Below are positions 5,805 through 9,870 of a stretch of 9,870 nucleotides of DNA, in pieces. The DNA comes from a virus. Its lineage: Duplodnaviria > Heunggongvirae > Uroviricota > Caudoviricetes. The DNA is taken from IMG/VR virus record IMGVR_UViG_2713896780_000030; one strand, given 5' to 3'. The notes beneath the pieces were generated by a model. The model did no database searches. It had not been told where the DNA came from and saw only the letters and a program-made list of their open reading frames with translations. Numbering within the stretch: the stretch's first letter is position 1; every line of letters begins with the position of its first letter. A program made the position numbers and the translations under genes.

Positions 5805-8199
5805 GCCCCCATTGGCACTGAGTCAGCGCCCGGAGAAATAGTCTGACTAAAATATCATCACTACGTTTGCTTCCGACTTTTAGTTTCATATCAGAAAACA
5901 CCGTCCGGCAATAGAGAAAATCACACCAGTCATCCCAGTCAGCCAGGGTCTTCAGTGTATGCGTTTGCCGCCAGTCGTCGAAAAGAGAGCGTTGCTGCAG
6001 AGCCTCTTCCATATTATCCCATGGGCGGGAAGACATCAGTAAATGCCCTTCATTCATGGCGGGCTGTACGGGCTGGCGTTTGAAATCGAATTCCAGATTA
6101 AGACGGATATCCTGTTCCCGGGATACCAGATCGCTTTCCGACAGCCACATCTCACGCGTTGATATCAACGTACTTCGGGATAACGTCTGACCGGGTAAAC
6201 GATTAAGGTAAAGATCTACCATATAGTCGTTATAGTCACTGCGTGGAATATCGGCAGGAGGTTTGACGCCAGCCCTGGCATGAACAACAGGTTTTCCCTG
6301 AATAGCTCTATAGGTTAACTGCCCCCGGGTTTTCATGGCGATAAGCTGGCTGACCTCATGCTTACATGTCAACATTGATGAACCCGGATCAACAATATCG
6401 CACAGCGACTGGAAGCGGGAAGACAGTGGACCGCTCATGTTTATCTTGTTAAGTGGGCAATTTGTCAAAAAGCCATCGGTTGTGACGCTGACAACCGATG
6501 AATCAGAAGGCAAAGCATTCATGAGTTCCCCGACAACGGCGCGGATAAATCCCGTCACATGCGCAGCAAAGAATGGCTGAGTAACCGATGATGGTGGGAG
6601 GGATCTGTTTAATCCACGGGCAGTATCAAAGGCGGTTTTGGCGCGAAGGCCCTGAGCAAGTTTGCCATAAAGCGAGTTGCCAATTTCTTTCCAGAATTTC
6701 TCCTCCAGAGAACCTTTAATATGGCGATTACGGTTCTCACGGACCTGTTGAACAAAGGGAAGAAACACCGATGTTGATTCGCTGTTATGTGGGGAGGTGT
6801 CACAGATCCAGGGGACGATGATCCCATTATGGATCGTCATCTCTGCCCCGAGCGACAGAGCAAGTTCGATTTCAGGTGCCGTTGCCCATGATTCGCCACT
6901 TAATGGAAAGAATAACCCATATTGATCGGTCCGAACCGGCAGGCTGGGATAGGGAACTGATTCCGGGAACTGAAATGTGACAAACGCAAATCCCATTACA
7001 TGCCCACAGTAATCGTCCGGATTTTTACTGAGGCGGATGTTTCCGTAATCGGGTATGAGGATATCTAATAGCCCGGTGGTATACGCTCCAGCCAGATCGT
7101 AGTCATACCAGTGATCAGACGGTGTAACCCCCATCATAAAACACTCATTGCGTCCGCCGTGGTAACAGTTGATCGGGAACGTTTCAAACAGCTCTCTTGA
7201 AGGAACACTGGCGGGGTTTTTAATCGTCCGGAATGCCTGTTTCTCCGTGAGCCAGAGTTCACGGGTTTTAATGTGTGTCCCAAGGCAGACTTCAGGAGAC
7301 ATATTGTTTTCTTTAAGTGTTTTGGTGAACCGTGAAACTGCCATCGCCCCGATGGTGGCGGGGACACGATCAATCATCAGCTCCCGGGCGCAAAAATTGC
7401 GAACCTGTAAAGCATAACGAACCGCAATCTCGGCATCCCGCAGAGCATAGGCTTCAAACCCTGCTCTGTCGCCCAGAAGATATTCACGCATATTGGTTAT
7501 GGAATAAGGTGCAGGAATGGTCAGTTTGGGAAGACCCAGTAATTCACCACATTCAGCCAGACCCATACCCCCGGGAGTGATAAGCAGTGTATCGATGAAA
7601 GCTACGTTACTGCAACGCGGAGGGGAAGTTCGTTTGTCAAACATTATCTGTTCAGTCTTTACGCGACGTTCCTGCTGTTCATCAAAATCGATACCGTAAC
7701 GATTTTTGAAGCTGCTGACAGTACCGCGTATTCCTTTCAGAAGAATTTTGTAGTCTGACCAGAAATTGGCAAAGGAGGTGATATCCGCACGAATGAAATG
7801 CGCATATATATTAATAATACCGGGCCATTTTGTAATCACACCCGTTTCAAGAAGCGGTGTAATCGTTTGACAGAGAAAGTTCTTAAAAGACAGCCGGGAT
7901 TTTTTCTGTGAGTCAGGTGGATAGATAATGTTCGATATACCTGTATTATCGGGTAAGACAACATAACTCTGATATGACAGAATATCATTCTGTTGTGTTT
8001 CAGGATTGAAAACATATTCGGTATCAAAACCGATATGGAGTGTCAGGTCACTTGAAATAACAGATACTTTTTTTGATGCAGGTGGTATCACAGGATAATC
8101 ATCAAGCGTTTTAGGTCTTTTAAGATTGAGCGCTGGCTCTGAAGTCACGGACTGATACCCCGATGCGGCAGCGAGGATGTCCTGCAAATTATTGCTCAT
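5644..8199 (-). CDS. Family-B DNA polymerase with 3'-5' exonuclease domain, primer-independent PolB (piPolB)-like, 851 aa
   Basis: ATG at 8199 with GGAG 7 nt upstream; in-frame upstream stop at 8266-8268. Ordered motifs: Exo I FD59TE61Y (nt 8017-8025); Exo III Y251ALRD255; motif A-like YDYD368LAGAYTT (nt about 7096-7104); motif B K504EIGNSLYG512 (nt 6664-6690); motif C-like SVTTD575GF (nt 6475-6477); KTRG at residues 623-626 (nt 6322-6333) replacing KxY. Last about 27 codons are antisense to the integrase fragment. Confidence 0.9.
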   Translation of the reverse strand: MSNNLQDILAAASGYQSVTSEPALNLKRPKTLDDYPVIPPASKKVSVISSDLTLHIGFDTEYVFNPETQQNDILSYQSYVVLPDNTGISNIIYPPDSQKKSRLSFKNFLCQTITPLLETGVITKWPGIINIYAHFIRADITSFANFWSDYKILLKGIRGTVSSFKNRYGIDFDEQQERRVKTEQIMFDKRTSPPRCSNVAFIDTLLITPGGMGLAECGELLGLPKLTIPAPYSITNMREYLLGDRAGFEAYALRDAEIAVRYALQVRNFCARELMIDRVPATIGAMAVSRFTKTLKENNMSPEVCLGTHIKTRELWLTEKQAFRTIKNPASVPSRELFETFPINCYHGGRNECFMMGVTPSDHWYDYDLAGAYTTGLLDILIPDYGNIRLSKNPDDYCGHVMGFAFVTFQFPESVPYPSLPVRTDQYGLFFPLSGESWATAPEIELALSLGAEMTIHNGIIVPWICDTSPHNSESTSVFLPFVQQVRENRNRHIKGSLEEKFWKEIGNSLYGKLAQGLRAKTAFDTARGLNRSLPPSSVTQPFFAAHVTGFIRAVVGELMNALPSDSSVVSVTTDGFLTNCPLNKINMSGPLSSRFQSLCDIVDPGSSMLTCKHEVSQLIAMKTRGQLTYRAIQGKPVVHARAGVKPPADIPRSDYNDYMVDLYLNRLPGQTLSRSTLISTREMWLSESDLVSREQDIRLNLEFDFKRQPVQPAMNEGHLLMSSRPWDNMEEALQQRSLFDDWRQTHTLKTLADWDDWCDFLYCRTVFSDMKLKVGSKRSDDILVRLFLRALTQCQWGLMLKDKKSYSCKEVAEWLTSEGYSVTCQKAPAGSPGPEGRSNVSSPDEVQCIA

Positions 8200-8248
8200 A
8201 GTTAACTCCGAAAAAATGCCGGGAGTTCGTCCCCCCCGGCATAATGAA

Positions 8249-8887
8249 TCAGGATTTAATGACGTCTACTACAGCTTTGAAAATATCATTTTTGCGAGAT
8301 TCATTATCTGCATAGATAAAGGAAACGAGTTTCCTGCCTGCTTTAATCAGGATACCACGTTGCGTCTTTTCCACAGACGGGGTAACGTGTGCAGATAACA
8401 GACAATGTTCATGTAAATGAAGAAACTTTTTTGAGGCGTAGCCGCCATGTAATCGGGCTTGAATGTCAAGATACATATCATCAAGAGAACCGGGTTCTCC
8501 TGATTCACTCAATACTGGATAACCCTTCTTATCAAAAAGGTTAAGGATAGATTTACTATCATGTTCGAACAGGGTAACACCGTAAATGTATTTCATTCGA
8601 AAGGTGAGGGAATCGGTGGTGTAGACCTCCTCCTGACGATTGAAATTTTTGAGACGCCTGGCTAATTCATTAAAAACAGCACGAGCAGTAGCCGTGTCCT
8701 GCAGGGTGTAGGTATAAAGTATGAAGCCATCTGTGCCGATGAGCTTTACTAAGTTGCCCATAATCGTGATAGCGAGAACTAATGCAAAGGACAGATATTT
8801 TTCATCGTTGTCTACAGCTGTGCTTGCTGATTCGGGAAGAATGTTCAGTGCATTATTAGCGTTATTTTCCGTGTTCTTAGTAACCAT
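8249..8887 (-). CDS. Hypothetical protein (212 aa), immediately upstream of and co-oriented with the polymerase gene
   Basis: ATG at 8887 with AAGGTGA RBS about 6 nt upstream. Stop lies about 50 nt before the polymerase start, suggesting co-transcription. No recognisable motif. Confidence 0.6.
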   Translation of the reverse strand: MVTKNTENNANNALNILPESASTAVDNDEKYLSFALVLAITIMGNLVKLIGTDGFILYTYTLQDTATARAVFNELARRLKNFNRQEEVYTTDSLTFRMKYIYGVTLFEHDSKSILNLFDKKGYPVLSESGEPGSLDDMYLDIQARLHGGYASKKFLHLHEHCLLSAHVTPSVEKTQRGILIKAGRKLVSFIYADNESRKNDIFKAVVDVIKS

Positions 8888-9030
8888 TTATATCACCTTT
8901 AAGTTTGTTTTGACGATGTGCATTTTCCCAATCAACAATATCGTCAAGAGAGAATCGTATAGCCCGCCCAATTCTGATGAAGGGCGGGAGTTTTCCGGGA
9001 TTGCGAGAAATATCTGACGCAACCGTGGAT

Positions 9031-9053
9031 GCAGAAAGATTAAATCTTTCTGC
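9031..9053. promoter_or_regulatory. Perfect 23-bp palindrome (candidate operator or recombinase binding site)
   Basis: GCAGAAAGATT-A-AATCTTTCTGC has 11-bp arms around a single centre base. It lies between the recombinase stop (9085) and the start of the 212-aa gene (8887). No T tract follows on either strand, so it is unlikely to be an intrinsic terminator. Confidence 0.35.
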
Positions 9054-9084
9054 GAACTGCTTTCACGAATCACAGATCATTGGT

Positions 9085-9870
9085 TCATTTTTTCGTGTCA
9101 TAACTTTCAATGACCTGAGAAACCACTGCGTGTGATGTCGCTGCATTGTGAAAAGCGTAGCGACGGGTCGCCGTGAGTGAATGGTGATTTAGCAGATGGG
9201 AAGCGATTGCAATATCCCCGGTCGCCTGTAGTACCCGGGTGGCAAAGGTACGGCGCAGGTCATGCATCCGCAGGTTATCAATGTCGGCATCCCGGCAAAT
9301 ACGGGCAAAGGTTGCACGCGGATATGCCAGAGGGCGGGCATTGTCGGTTAGTCGCGGAAAAATGTAAGTTTTGCTGAGCATCAGGTCCTGCTGGCACTGG
9401 ACAACTGCAATGGCTGGAGGTGCAAGTGGGCAGGTGAAAGGGTGTCCGGACTTTGTATCAGGCAGTATGAGTTGATGCATATCCAGGTGCCAGTACTCCC
9501 ATTTCAGGGTACATACCTCACCAATACGCATCCCCGTATAAAGAGCAAGCAATATAGAATCAGCTGCCGGTGTTTGCAGCGCTGTTGCCGCGTCAATAAA
9601 GCGCGGGATTTCTGTCGCTGATAGTGTGCGATAGCGAATGTTATTTTCTTTCAGATAGCGGACATGTGACATCGGGGAATGCGTGATCCATCCAGCACGT
9701 ACTGCCAGAGAGCATATTTTGGACAATATTGCGAGGATACGGTTTACTGTTGACGGACGTAATTTTTCCCGTAAGCCAGCAGCATATTGTTCTAGTTCTC
9801 CTGCCGTGATGTCGCGAAGTTGAACCGCCCCGGGTTTCCTGGAGAGTGTTTTATCTGTGAACTCAGGCTG
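9085..9870 (-). CDS. Tyrosine recombinase (XerC/phage-integrase family), partial; N-terminus beyond window end
   Basis: Reading frame is open from the window edge (QPEFTDKTLSRKPGAVQLRDITAGELEQYAAGL...). Contains GMRIGEVCTLKWE (Arg box), HDLRRTFATRV (HxxR) and HHSLTATRRYAFH (catalytic Tyr). Stop TGA at 9087-9085. The 9726 start in the ORF track is an internal TTG. Confidence 0.85.
   Translation of the reverse strand, partial: QPEFTDKTLSRKPGAVQLRDITAGELEQYAAGLREKLRPSTVNRILAILSKICSLAVRAGWITHSPMSHVRYLKENNIRYRTLSATEIPRFIDAATALQTPAADSILLALYTGMRIGEVCTLKWEYWHLDMHQLILPDTKSGHPFTCPLAPPAIAVVQCQQDLMLSKTYIFPRLTDNARPLAYPRATFARICRDADIDNLRMHDLRRTFATRVLQATGDIAIASHLLNHHSLTATRRYAFHNAATSHAVVSQVIESYDTKK

Larger units (their letters stand above)
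4193..9870. mobile_element. Pipolin-like element segment (piPolB, UDG-like gene, XerC-like recombinase), partial
   Basis: Co-oriented minus-strand genes recombinase / unknown / PolB with KTRG motif / UDG-like, next to a tRNA-Leu-derived att core. This matches the described gene content of pipolins as I recall it. Boundaries are not resolved in this window. Confidence 0.6.

Noticed and set aside
5644-8199. Antisense and alternative-frame ORFs inside the polymerase gene (6335-6580, 6609-6827, 7134-7373, 7169-7417, 7332-7580, 7517-7699, 7836-8027)
   Set aside because: They are short, lack RBS and motifs, and are fully embedded in a long ORF with strong family-B polymerase signatures.
8888-9073. 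61-aa ORF (-) filling the recombinase/212-aa intergenic region
   Set aside because: It starts at a GTG without RBS, covers the palindrome and GC hairpin, and has no recognisable features; more likely noncoding regulatory DNA.
8177-9377. Plus-strand ORFs 8177-8398, 8721-9017, 9177-9377
   Set aside because: They are antisense to the 212-aa gene and the recombinase gene and lack supporting features.
1-9870. CRISPR arrays, IS elements/transposases, rRNA genes
   Set aside because: No regularly spaced repeat-spacer structure, no transposase-like ORF with terminal inverted repeats, and no rRNA-like conserved sequence was seen.

Overview
The window reads as a junction of at least two integrative mobile elements at a tRNA-Leu attachment site, most likely in an enterobacterial genome. 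Left part (1-4142): the right end of an element with a phage P2-family tyrosine integrase (2983-3984, +) transcribed toward a 52-nt 3' fragment of a tRNA-Leu(UAA)-type gene (4091-4142, att core). Upstream of the integrase is a Cro/CI-style divergent switch: an XRE-family HTH repressor-like gene plus two cargo genes on +, and a leftward operon of small genes on -. A 50-nt run of N (4143-4192) interrupts the sequence exactly where the tRNA CCA end would be. Right part (4193-9870): a pipolin-like module, all on the minus strand, with a XerC-like tyrosine recombinase (9085->9870, runs off the window), a 212-aa unknown protein, an 851-aa family-B DNA polymerase, and a 246-aa UDG-superfamily-like protein. 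The polymerase carries ordered Exo I, Exo III, motif A, motif B and motif C signatures and a KTRG motif in place of KxY, which is the hallmark of primer-independent PolB (piPolB). This is the most interesting system in the window. An N-terminal fragment of a P4-type integrase (5256-5804, +) lies antisense between the polymerase and the UDG-like gene, and the last ~27 codons of the polymerase are encoded on the opposite strand of that fragment, which marks a recombination junction near 5727-5730. All calls rest on reading the six-frame translations and the DNA by eye; no database search was run.
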